Below are positions 28,689 to 37,908 of a stretch of DNA of 63,474 nucleotides, piece by piece (position 1 is the stretch's first letter; each line of letters opens with the position of its first letter). Source of the DNA: Congzhengia sp. Lineage in GTDB: Bacteria; Bacillota; Clostridia; UBA1381; UBA9506. The notes below the pieces were generated by a model that saw only the letters and a list, made by a program, of their open reading frames with translations, was not told the DNA's origin and did no database searches. The translations under genes and the position numbers were made by a program. The stretch is from the NCBI GenBank assembly GCA_045534535.1, contig JAZSJX010000024.1:1-63474 (forward strand), given 5' to 3'.

Positions 28689-29696
28689 CTACGATTTTAT
28701 TTTAATCACTTCGCCATTTTCCATATAAAAAATTACTTCTTCAAACAGTTCTTTATTTTTTTCCACATTGTCAGGCCCTAACACAAAATATGCAGTAGAC
28801 AGTGCATCTGCAGTTTCTGAAGATTTTGAAACAACCGTTACGCTTAAAACCTTGTTTTTAGGCTGGCTACCTGTTTTAGCATCTAAAATATGGTGGTATT
28901 TTTTGCCGTTTTCACAAAAAAATCTTTCGTATCCTCCCGATGTAACAACTGCACATTTATCATCATTTGCAGTTATCTTATGAAAAATTTCACCGCGCGG
29001 TTTTTCAGGATTTTGCACCCCAATCGTAAATGCACGCCTAAAGCTTCCGCTTTTTATTGCGCCAAAAATCCCCTGTGGCATTTTGCCTATAGTTACAACA
29101 TTTCCGCCAAGGTCAAGGTAAGCATTTTCTACCCCCTCATTATGTAAAACCTTTGCCGCAACATCGCCTGCATAACCCTTTGCGATACCGCCTAAATCAA
29201 TTTTTACATCATCGTACCTTTTCGTAACAGTTTTATTTTCACTATCTAATACAATGTTTTTATAGTCTACTAATTCGAGCGTTTTTGAAAGCTTGTCCCT
29301 ATCTGGAACTTGTTGTTTATCCGTTCCGAAGCCCCATAAATCGACTATGGGCTTTATTGTTATATCAAATGCGCCGTAAGTTTTTTGCGAGATTAAAATA
29401 GCCCTTTTTAAAAGCATAAAACACTCATCAGACACCTTTACAGGCGTGTCCTTTTTAGCAGTGTTAATTTTATAAATCTCGCTCTTTTCGTTAAATGCAG
29501 ATAAGCTATTATCAATTCTTTTAATCTCGTCCATTGCCTTTTCTATAGCACTTTTTGCGTTTTTCCCATACGCCGTTACAGATATGTAGGTGTCAAGCAA
29601 AAACGCTGATTTAGTATGTTTTTTAGGTTCAAACGAAAAAGCGGATATGGAAATTATAATAACTAATATGGCAAGCAAATACTTTAAATATTTCAT
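28689..29696 (-). CDS. apbE: FAD:protein FMN transferase
   Basis: GAFDITI, DLGGIAKGY, TSGGYER, YHHILD, ADALST; N-terminal signal/TM segment. Confidence 0.93.
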   Translation of the reverse strand: MKYLKYLLAILVIIISISAFSFEPKKHTKSAFLLDTYISVTAYGKNAKSAIEKAMDEIKRIDNSLSAFNEKSEIYKINTAKKDTPVKVSDECFMLLKRAILISQKTYGAFDITIKPIVDLWGFGTDKQQVPDRDKLSKTLELVDYKNIVLDSENKTVTKRYDDVKIDLGGIAKGYAGDVAAKVLHNEGVENAYLDLGGNVVTIGKMPQGIFGAIKSGSFRRAFTIGVQNPEKPRGEIFHKITANDDKCAVVTSGGYERFFCENGKKYHHILDAKTGSQPKNKVLSVTVVSKSSETADALSTAYFVLGPDNVEKNKELFEEVIFYMENGEVIKIKS

Positions 29697-29705
29697 TTTC
29701 TTCCT

Positions 29706-30260
29706 CTAACGCTCTTTATATAAAAAATCATATATTTTTTTGTTCATTAAAACGAGATTTACATACCTTTCCGTTTCAGGATACGGAATTACATTTAAAA
29801 ATTCCCCATCGTGCGAGTATTTTTTGTTTTTTAGCCACGAGTCAACATTTGCATGCCCCGCATTGTATGCACAAAGTGCATTTTTTTCGTTTCCATTATA
29901 CATCTTCAAAAGATAGGAAATGTAAAATGTGCCCATTTCAATGTTGGTTTTAGGGTCTTTGAGTTCATCTTGTGTAAAGTCTGAAATACCAAGCTTTTCG
30001 GCAATCCACTCGCCTGTTGTTCCCATTATCTGCATAAGACCTTGTGCATCTTTTCCTGAAACTGCATCGTGGGCAAAATTACTCTCTGCCTTAATTACAG
30101 CATAAACTAAATTTTTATCTAAATCATACTCTTTAGCATATTTTTCAACATACACTTCGTGCTTTATGGGATACACCTTCTTTGCGATACTCACACCGCT
30201 CCAAAAAATTAAGTAAACCGAAAGCACAAAACACAAAAACTTTATAAGCCTAATTTTCAA
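29706..30260 (-). CDS. Lytic transglycosylase (SLT domain)
   Basis: AVIKAESNF, AQGLMQIM, AYNAG, ETERYV; usual partner of coaE. Confidence 0.92.
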   Translation of the reverse strand: MKIRLIKFLCFVLSVYLIFWSGVSIAKKVYPIKHEVYVEKYAKEYDLDKNLVYAVIKAESNFAHDAVSGKDAQGLMQIMGTTGEWIAEKLGISDFTQDELKDPKTNIEMGTFYISYLLKMYNGNEKNALCAYNAGHANVDSWLKNKKYSHDGEFLNVIPYPETERYVNLVLMNKKIYDFLYKER

Positions 30261-30840
30261 TACACACCCTTAAAATCTGTTCTACCTTACCTTTAAGCTC
30301 GTCTTTTTTTCCATTGTTTTCAATAGTAAAATCGCAAGCTTTTATAAAAAACTCATCGTTTTTCTGAGCGTTTATACGCTCTTGAGCCTCTGTTTCAGTT
30401 AAATTATCACGAGCCATAATTCTCTCGATTCGTGTTTTTTTGTCCGCCTTAACGAAAACTGTTTTGTCGCACATCTTATCAATACCGCTTTCAAAAAGTG
30501 CAGGAGCATCAATCACTACAACCTTTTCTTTGGCATCTTTTATTTCTTTTATTATTTCTTCTGTTATATATTTATGCGTAATCTCATTTAAATTATGTAG
30601 CTTTACATCGGAATTAAAAACAATTTTTGCCAAGGCTTTACGGTTTAATTCCCCGTTTTCTAAAATTACACCATCGCCAAACTCATCTTTAATCTCTAAA
30701 AGCGCCGGCATACCTCTTTTAACAGTGTTTTTATATGTAATATCGGTGTCAATAGTGTACGCACCAAGGCTTTTGAAGCACTTTAAAACCTCGCCCTTTC
30801 CTGCACCGCTGCCGCCTGTTAAGCCTATGATTTTTTTCAT
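30250..30840 (-). CDS. coaE: Dephospho-CoA kinase
   Basis: IIGLTGGSGAGKG, LNRKAL..IVF, DAPALFE. Confidence 0.95.
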   Translation of the reverse strand: MKKIIGLTGGSGAGKGEVLKCFKSLGAYTIDTDITYKNTVKRGMPALLEIKDEFGDGVILENGELNRKALAKIVFNSDVKLHNLNEITHKYITEEIIKEIKDAKEKVVVIDAPALFESGIDKMCDKTVFVKADKKTRIERIMARDNLTETEAQERINAQKNDEFFIKACDFTIENNGKKDELKGKVEQILRVCIEN

Positions 30841-30844
30841 AAAA

Positions 30845-31537
30845 TCAATCCTTTTCGCAGTATTTCGAAAGCTTTTCACCACATACGATATGAGCGTTTT
30901 CAAGTCCCTCTTTCATTTTTCCGCCACATCTGTAGTCAAACTGCTTTGTAAAATCGTGAACATCTTCTTTTATTTTTTTAAGGCTTAAAATTTCAAGTTC
31001 CAAAAGCTCACAGGTGTATTCTTCACGCTTAAGCCCTGCATTTTTCTGGGCAGATTTTAAGATGTCGGCAAAATGGTGCACGCAAAAACCCTTGCCGTTT
31101 AAAATCCTTTTTCTAAAATCAGGCTCACGCTTATAAAGATACCAAAAGGTATCAATAAACTTTTCCATTGTGGCATTTACTCTATCGCACACGATACAGC
31201 TCTTTGTCATTTCATCTAAAGCTTTTACCATAAGCTCTGTCTTCTTTTTCGCCTTTTTTTCATTTACATCGGTAAGATTTTTTATAATCTCATCAATTCT
31301 TGTGTCCTGAACTAAGGCAAGAGGAAGCGCCCTGTGCGATTTTATAAGTTTTTCTAAATGGTGCCTGCAATACCCTTTCTCATTTGAGAGGATTCTGTAA
31401 TCAGGCTCCATCATAGCGGGTCCTAATGCATATTCTATCTGTTCCTTTTCGAGCTTTTTCTCTAAGACGCAAAACATACATTCTGTATCCTCATCCAAAG
31501 CCTCGTTTAAGGGTATTGTGTAAATTGTCTCTTTCAT
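30845..31537 (-). CDS. Conserved protein with two CxxC...CxxH units (DUF6062-like)
   Basis: MKETIYTIP, CMFC...GYCRHH and CIVC...GFCVHH, FDYR. Confidence 0.65.
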   Translation of the reverse strand: MKETIYTIPLNEALDEDTECMFCVLEKKLEKEQIEYALGPAMMEPDYRILSNEKGYCRHHLEKLIKSHRALPLALVQDTRIDEIIKNLTDVNEKKAKKKTELMVKALDEMTKSCIVCDRVNATMEKFIDTFWYLYKREPDFRKRILNGKGFCVHHFADILKSAQKNAGLKREEYTCELLELEILSLKKIKEDVHDFTKQFDYRCGGKMKEGLENAHIVCGEKLSKYCEKD

Positions 31538-31546
31538 ATTATCTCC

Positions 31547-33721
31547 TTAAATAAGCGTCATCTGCTCTCCTGCCAAGTCGTCCTCTTTTAAAGACGATCC
31601 TCTTGCAGGAATATTTTTAGTTCTGTATACATTTAAGTCTTTAAACGCAACCTCATCTACTGTGCAAATTTTAGACAGCTTGCTTCCCTTTTTCAAGGTC
31701 ATAACCTGAACGCCCTGCGAACTCCTTGACGCCTTAGACGCAATTTTTTCGGTACTGAATACCAACACCTTCTCCATATCGGAAAAAGCAACCAAATCGG
31801 TGTCAGAAGAAAGGAAGCGCATATCGGTAACAGGTGTTTTTTCGTAGTAAGCGCCCGTTAACTTCTTTCTGTTAGTCTTTGTTTCATAGCTCTTTACGGG
31901 AACCTTTGCAATTTTACCGTTTTCAAAAGCAAACATCATATATCCGCTGTAGTCCTTGGTTACCGCCATATAGAGAATTTTCTCGTCAGAAATTCCTAAA
32001 ATATTCGGCAAATACTCACCCAAAGCACTTGCCTTGCAGTCAGGAAGGTCTGAAATTTTCATTTTGTATACATTTGCTTTATCACTAAAGAAAAGAGCAT
32101 CGTCAACATTTTCACACTCTATCTCGCAAACAAATCTATCGTCTTCCTTCAGCTTATGAACATTGCTTGCACGAAGAGATACCAATGATACCTTTTTAAC
32201 ATAATTCTGCTCTGTAAGATACATTTTAAGCTTATAGTTTTCAATAAATTCTTCCTCGTCAGGAGCGTCAATCTCGTCTACCATTACGATTTTTGTTCTT
32301 CTTGGTTTTCCGTGCTTTTTGGAAATTTCCTTAAGCTCTGCTATTATAAGCTTTTTAATTGCAAGGTCTGATGAGAGTGTTTTGCTGATGCTTGCAATAT
32401 CTGCCTTAAGGTCAGTAATGTCTGCCAAACGCTTTAAAATATACTCTTTGTTCAAATGACGAAGCTTAATTTCCGCAACAAACTCCGCCTGAATCATATC
32501 AATAGAAAATCCATCCATAAGGTTTGGAACAACCTGTGCTTCTTCTTCAGTGTTGCGGATAATAGCGATAGCCTTGTCTATGTCGACTAAAATCTTTTCA
32601 AGTCCCATCAAAAGATGTAACCTGTGATTTTTCTTGTCTAAATCGTAATTTAAGCTTCTTTTCACGCAGTCAACCCTGAATTTTGTCCACTCGCCCAAAA
32701 TTTCACGAACGCCCATTACCTTCGGCGAGCCGTCAATTAACACATTAAAGTTACACGAAAACGGCTCTTCTAACGGCGTCTGTTTATAAAGCTTTGCCAT
32801 AAGCTTATCAGCATCTGTTCCACGCTTTAAATCTATTGCAATCTTTAATCCTGACTTGTCCGTTTCATCACGAACATCCGCAATTTCTCTTGCCTTTCCC
32901 AGTTTTACAAGGTCAATTATTTTATCAATAATTGCTTCAATAGTGGTTGTATACGGAATTTCCGTAATTTCAATGCAGTTGTTCTTTTTATCGTAGGTAT
33001 AGGTTGCGCGAACTCTTACACTTCCCTTACCTGTTTCGTAAATTGCATTTATTTCGTCTTCCTTGTATATAAGCTCTCCACCCGTTGAAAAATCTGGAGC
33101 CTTTAAAACCGCCGAAATATTTGCTTTTTCATTCTTTAAGTACTCAATTTCAGCATCACAAACCTCGGTTAAATTAAAACTGCAGATGTTTGACGCCATA
33201 CCAACCGCAATTCCCTGATTTGCGTTGACTAAAATGTTAGGAAATGCTGTAGGCAAAAGTGTTGGCTCTTTTAAAAGACCATCATAGTTGTCTACAAAAT
33301 CAACTGTTTCCTTGTCAATATCGCGGAAAAGCTCCTCGCATATGCCGTCAAGCTTAACATTTGTATACCTTGCAGCCGCAAATGCCATATCGCGGGATTC
33401 GTGCATACCAAAGTTTCCCTTAGAATCAACAAACGGATACAAAAGTGAGTTGTTATCACGGGTTAAACGAACCAATGTTTCATAAATTGCCATATCGCCG
33501 TGAGGGTTTAGCTTCATCGTCTGCCCTACAACATTTGCAGATTTTGTTTTCTCGCCCGATAAAAGTCCCATTTTATACATCGTATATAAAAGCTTTCTGT
33601 GGGACGGCTTAAACCCGTCAATTTCAGGAATTGCACGGGATATAATTACGCTCATCGCATATGGCATATAGTTGCTTTCCAATGCGTCTGTTACAGTCTG
33701 GTCGGTAAAATAATTTTTCAT
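31547..33721 (-). CDS. Type IIA topoisomerase A subunit (ParC-like)
   Basis: YAMSVIISRAIPEIDGFKP, PHGD, AAARYT catalytic Tyr, GIAVGMA; 724 aa with no clear GyrA box. Confidence 0.9.
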   Translation of the reverse strand: MKNYFTDQTVTDALESNYMPYAMSVIISRAIPEIDGFKPSHRKLLYTMYKMGLLSGEKTKSANVVGQTMKLNPHGDMAIYETLVRLTRDNNSLLYPFVDSKGNFGMHESRDMAFAAARYTNVKLDGICEELFRDIDKETVDFVDNYDGLLKEPTLLPTAFPNILVNANQGIAVGMASNICSFNLTEVCDAEIEYLKNEKANISAVLKAPDFSTGGELIYKEDEINAIYETGKGSVRVRATYTYDKKNNCIEITEIPYTTTIEAIIDKIIDLVKLGKAREIADVRDETDKSGLKIAIDLKRGTDADKLMAKLYKQTPLEEPFSCNFNVLIDGSPKVMGVREILGEWTKFRVDCVKRSLNYDLDKKNHRLHLLMGLEKILVDIDKAIAIIRNTEEEAQVVPNLMDGFSIDMIQAEFVAEIKLRHLNKEYILKRLADITDLKADIASISKTLSSDLAIKKLIIAELKEISKKHGKPRRTKIVMVDEIDAPDEEEFIENYKLKMYLTEQNYVKKVSLVSLRASNVHKLKEDDRFVCEIECENVDDALFFSDKANVYKMKISDLPDCKASALGEYLPNILGISDEKILYMAVTKDYSGYMMFAFENGKIAKVPVKSYETKTNRKKLTGAYYEKTPVTDMRFLSSDTDLVAFSDMEKVLVFSTEKIASKASRSSQGVQVMTLKKGSKLSKICTVDEVAFKDLNVYRTKNIPARGSSLKEDDLAGEQMTLI

Positions 33722-34440
33722 TTTTCTCCTCCGTTATGACAAGTTAAATCTGAAACCACACGGGATGCAATCAAAATTCCTGCTGATGCCGGAACAAAAT
33801 GCATACTTGCAGGCACGCTTCGTCTGTTTTCATCGCCCAATGTAAATTTAGGCTCTATCGGTTTTTCTTCAGAATATACAACCAAAAGTTTTTTAACATT
33901 TCTTTTTAAAAGTTCTTTTCTCATAACCCTGCAAAGAGGGCACATCTTAGTTTTATATATGTCTGATATCTTAAGCTCCTCAGGATGCAGCTTGTTTCCC
34001 GTTCCCATACAGCTTATAATGGGAACGCCAAGATTTTGTGCACGAACCGCAAGCTCAATTTTAGAGCTGACAGTATCAATCGCATCTATAATGTAATCAT
34101 ACTTAGATAAATCAATTTCATCGGCATTTTCGGGTAGATAAAACATATTGAGCGTTTTAACCCGGGATTCCGGGTTAATCTCACTTATTCGTTCCTTCAT
34201 GGCTAAGGTTTTGTCTTTGCCTACAGTACTTTCTAAAGCATGTACCTGTCTGTTAATGTTGGTTATATCAACCTTGTCGCTATCTACTAATGTAAGGCTC
34301 CCAACACCGCACCTTGCAAGGCTCTCGCAAGCATTACTTCCGACACCGCCTACGCCGAAAATAATAACAGATGCATTTTTAAGTTTTAACTGCTCTTCTT
34401 TTCCTATAAGCATTTCGTTACGCAAAAACCTGTCATCCAA
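33718..34440 (-). CDS. tcdA: tRNA threonylcarbamoyladenosine dehydratase (ThiF family)
   Basis: GVGGVGS, DITNINRQ, DAID, MGTGNK, CPLCRVMRKEL, VYSEE. Confidence 0.92.
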   Translation of the reverse strand: MDDRFLRNEMLIGKEEQLKLKNASVIIFGVGGVGSNACESLARCGVGSLTLVDSDKVDITNINRQVHALESTVGKDKTLAMKERISEINPESRVKTLNMFYLPENADEIDLSKYDYIIDAIDTVSSKIELAVRAQNLGVPIISCMGTGNKLHPEELKISDIYKTKMCPLCRVMRKELLKRNVKKLLVVYSEEKPIEPKFTLGDENRRSVPASMHFVPASAGILIASRVVSDLTCHNGGEK

Positions 34441-34514
34441 TCCCAATGCCCCCTTTATATACAATCATTCTATTTTATTTTACCATAAATAAGGCAAAAA
34501 ATAAAGAGAAAAAT

Positions 34515-34565
34515 AAAAAAAGATATCGAAAGAGCCGCGTCATAAGACACGGCTCTTTTGATATC
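34515..34565 (-). terminator. Intrinsic terminator
   Basis: 20-bp stem GATATCAAAAGAGCCGTGTC-TTAT-GACGCGGCTCTTTCGATATC followed by T7 on the minus strand. Confidence 0.85.
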
Positions 34566-34610
34566 CTTTAAAAAGGAGAGAAAATGAAAAAAAGTTATTT
34601 GTTATGTTGT
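34515..34610 (-). ncRNA. Candidate ~95-nt small RNA with anti-Shine-Dalgarno segment
   Basis: Own promoter TTGAAA-17-TATTAT with TG (34617-34645), body containing UUCAUUUUCUCUCCUUUU, then a strong terminator. Confidence 0.5.
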
Positions 34611-34704
34611 GATTATATAATATCATTTGTTCTAATACTTTTCAATTCGTTTATTAGCCAAAGATTACAAACTCATACTTCTGTTTTTATGCAATTTACA
34701 CAAA

Positions 34705-35631
34705 TTATTTTACTTTCTTGAGCTTCAGGGTAATCTTGTCGCCGTCTAATGATTTTACACCACTCGGCAATAAGAGTTCTACCTCAACTTCATTGCCTTC
34801 CTTAATCATTTCACGGGTTATATGCCTGGTTTCAATTTTATATAGTTTTTCAACCGCCGATGCAGTTCCTGCAACCTCAATCTGCTTAACAGAGTTATCG
34901 TCTAACACATATGTTCCATCCTTTATTAAGCTTTCTGAAAATTTAGGCTCGATATCAACATCTTTGGTCTTTAATATTTCACAATGTATTGTTACAGCAT
35001 CAAGCTTTGAAGAAACATAGGTACTATCAATTACAGTTCCTGTAGTGCCTATAAGCTCAAGCGGTTCTACGCTTGAGACATCCTCGCTTTTTCCCGAAAC
35101 ATTAACCACGGCTAAAATATGGTCAACCGCACCAACTATTGACTTTGCACCCTTTATTTTGATTTTTGCTGGTGTAGTCTTAATAGCACCCACAGTGTAT
35201 CCATTTTCCGGTTTTCCTTTTGTTTCGACCAAAATTTCTTTTTCCTGTTCAACAATTTCGTCTACCATAACGCTTACTACAGACGGTTTTTTATTTACAA
35301 TTTCAATATTTCCGTAAGGTACTACAACATTTGTGTACAGAGTATGCGTTCCTGTGTTTTCGATATTGCTTACATCAGCAGATACGGAAAGATTCGTTTT
35401 GTTTATGTCTAAAATATACTTTCTCTGTCCTCTTATCTTTACATTTACAGTGTATTCCTTGTCGTTAACAAGCATAAGCTGGCGGTTTTCTAAAGCTTCA
35501 GTCTGCGTAAATAAAACAGGAACATCTTTAACAGTTCGTTCAACCTCAGGGCTTTGCACCTGAATGATATAAAACCAAAGTATTATAGCAAATAAAAGCG
35601 AAACAATTTTTGTTGATATATCATTTTTCAT
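34705..35631 (-). CDS. cdaR: CdaR (YbbR-like) regulator of diadenylate cyclase
   Basis: KIVSLLFAIILWFYI TM anchor plus beta-rich YbbR-like repeats; directly after cdaA. Confidence 0.88.
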   Translation of the reverse strand: MKNDISTKIVSLLFAIILWFYIIQVQSPEVERTVKDVPVLFTQTEALENRQLMLVNDKEYTVNVKIRGQRKYILDINKTNLSVSADVSNIENTGTHTLYTNVVVPYGNIEIVNKKPSVVSVMVDEIVEQEKEILVETKGKPENGYTVGAIKTTPAKIKIKGAKSIVGAVDHILAVVNVSGKSEDVSSVEPLELIGTTGTVIDSTYVSSKLDAVTIHCEILKTKDVDIEPKFSESLIKDGTYVLDDNSVKQIEVAGTASAVEKLYKIETRHITREMIKEGNEVEVELLLPSGVKSLDGDKITLKLKKVK

Positions 35632-35670
35632 TCTGCCTCATCCAGCCTTTCTTGTTATAGTTTTTAAAGC

Positions 35671-36531
35671 TTACATATCGGCTTTATCGTTTTTTCTTTT
35701 TTTCGAAAGAGTATTGCTTAAATTCTTCTTGACATTTTTACCGATATCATCTTTCGGCGCTAAAGCCTTAGCCAAATATTTATATAGCGATGCAGGAGTT
35801 AAATTTCGCATCATATTTCCGCCCTTCATAACGGAAATCTTTCCTGTTTCCTCCGAAACTGCAACACATACACAGTCCGACTGTTCAGTAATTCCAAGCC
35901 CTGCCCTGTGTCTCGTTCCAAGCTCACTGCTCAAATCCTTGTTAGAAGAAAGCGGCAACACACAGGATGCCTTATAAATTGTATCATTACGAATAACAAC
36001 TGCACCATCGTGAAGCGGCGTATTGGGAACAAAAATATTTTCTAAAAGCTCCGCTGTTACCAACGCTCCAATTTTTGTTCCGCCGGTTAACATATCATCT
36101 AAAATTGTATCCATTTCAAAAACAATCAGCGCACCGGTTTTAGACCTTGACATATTCTCACAAGCCTTTGACACTTCGCCTGCAATGTCTGAAAAATCTG
36201 CACTTTCAATAGAGAACCATTTGCCGAACTTACTTCTTCCCATATGCTCTAGGGCACGCCTTATTTCAGGCTGGAAGATAATTATCAGTGCAATAAATCC
36301 AACCTGAATTGCATTTTCCAGAATAAATGAAATAACATTTAAATTAAGCCACTCGGAAATATATGTAATTCCAAGCACTATCGCGATACCCTTTAAAAGC
36401 TGTGCTGCACGGGTATTCCTGAAATGCTTAATAATATTATATATAATAACTGCAACGATTAGGATATCAACAATGTCAGAAAGCTGCACTGTTTTAAAAA
36501 ATGGCAAAATACTGTTTTTAATATATTCCAT
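35671..36531 (-). CDS. cdaA: Diadenylate cyclase CdaA
   Basis: Three TM helices, FQPEIRRALE, PLHDGA, GTRHRA, VSEETG. Confidence 0.96.
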   Translation of the reverse strand: MEYIKNSILPFFKTVQLSDIVDILIVAVIIYNIIKHFRNTRAAQLLKGIAIVLGITYISEWLNLNVISFILENAIQVGFIALIIIFQPEIRRALEHMGRSKFGKWFSIESADFSDIAGEVSKACENMSRSKTGALIVFEMDTILDDMLTGGTKIGALVTAELLENIFVPNTPLHDGAVVIRNDTIYKASCVLPLSSNKDLSSELGTRHRAGLGITEQSDCVCVAVSEETGKISVMKGGNMMRNLTPASLYKYLAKALAPKDDIGKNVKKNLSNTLSKKRKNDKADM

Positions 36532-36655
36532 TTACAAAACCCCCAGTTATCACATTATACTGCTTTGATTAAAAATCCATGTTAATTTTGAAATTTAACT
36601 AAATCAAATAAAGTGGTATTGTGTCTTGCTTTTTGCCTCAAATACCAATCAAAAC

Positions 36656-37624
36656 TTATAATAACTCTATAAAAATCAAATACATAATCGGAATTGTTAT
36701 AACCGACATCGTGTGTGATATCATAGTCATTGATGCGCCGGTTTTAGTCTCTCCACCGTATGCCGCAGGATAAACTATTGTATTAAGACCAAGCGGTGTT
36801 CCGAATGCAACCAAAGCCAGTATCATAATTTCCTCACTTGTACCTAATGCTTTTAATATCAGCAAAATAATACCGGGAATAACAATCAGTCTTAAAATGG
36901 AAGCTATATATACCTTTTTGTTAGATATAAGCTCTTTAAAATTATAACCACCAATTACAAAGCCTGCCAGAACCATAGCCACAGGACCCTGACATTTTCC
37001 TGCACTGTCAAATGCTCTGATTAAAAAATCAGGTACATATTTTACCAGACCTAAAAGTCCAAATGCCATACCTGTTAACAATGCTATCATTGGAGGCGTC
37101 AAAAACCCTTTTTTCAAGTTAGCAAGAATGCTCGCATTTCTGTCCTTCGGTATCAATATGTACATTCCCCAGCCGGTGCACAAAATTCCAACCAAAAATA
37201 CAAATAATGAGTATTTATAAAAAAGGTCTTCTCCCCATACGCCGAGGATTATAAAATTACCCATAAATCCGTAGTTTCCGAAAGTCATTGCATACTTATA
37301 AACATTTCTCTGATATGCACTCTCAGGCGTCTCCCCTTTTTTTCTTACAAAACATCTCGAAAGCGGATAAGCAAGAGCAATCGAGAATAAGACAATTACA
37401 AGTCCGTACAGTATAAGACTTGCATTTTGCGTAAAGGTTTCAACCGTACACTTAGTCATCTGGTTATATAAAGAAAGTGCAGGCACGAAAACAAATGTTT
37501 CAAGCTTTGCCATTACTGTACCTGAATTTTCCGGCAAATTGCTTTTCTTTCTTATCAGAAATCCCACCGAAATCAGGGTAAACATCATTAGCATCTGTTT
37601 TAGTGTAAGATTAAAAATTTCCAT
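36656..37624 (-). CDS. AEC (auxin efflux carrier / malate permease-like) family transporter
   Basis: About 10 TM helices, FGNYGFMG, GPVAMVLAG, LRLIVIP. Confidence 0.85.
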   Translation of the reverse strand: MEIFNLTLKQMLMMFTLISVGFLIRKKSNLPENSGTVMAKLETFVFVPALSLYNQMTKCTVETFTQNASLILYGLVIVLFSIALAYPLSRCFVRKKGETPESAYQRNVYKYAMTFGNYGFMGNFIILGVWGEDLFYKYSLFVFLVGILCTGWGMYILIPKDRNASILANLKKGFLTPPMIALLTGMAFGLLGLVKYVPDFLIRAFDSAGKCQGPVAMVLAGFVIGGYNFKELISNKKVYIASILRLIVIPGIILLILKALGTSEEIMILALVAFGTPLGLNTIVYPAAYGGETKTGASMTMISHTMSVITIPIMYLIFIELL

Positions 37625-37654
37625 AATTATCTCCCTTGTTAATATATATTTTTG

Positions 37655-37837
37655 TCATATTTGCCATTTTTCGCCATAATTCGAATTTTTGACCGGATAA
37701 GGCTCTCCACTTCGTGCTTCTTCGTAGGGAGTGCGAATGAATACTATTGGAAGCTTTTTATTTTCAGCAGGCAAAATTATTCTCGTATATAAACGAACTC
37801 CGTCTGACATGGTAAAATATGTTTCTTTAATATACAT
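37655..37837 (-). pseudogene. Truncated CocE/NonD family hydrolase
   Basis: RBS GGGAGA then MYIKETYFTMSDGVRLYTRIILP...LPIVFIRTPY (CocE N-terminus), ending after 60 aa. Confidence 0.75.
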
Positions 37838-37908
37838 TTCGATTTCTCCCAAATTGAAACTTATTTTCGGATTATGCCGTCTATTTCTATCCATAAGGGA
37901 TATAATGT

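Noticed and set aside
30440-30988. 182-aa plus-strand ORF
   Set aside because: Antisense shadow of coaE.
36532-36655. Possible c-di-AMP riboswitch or leader upstream of cdaA
   Set aside because: Only a weak TGGTATT/AATACCA hairpin; no ydaO-type consensus.
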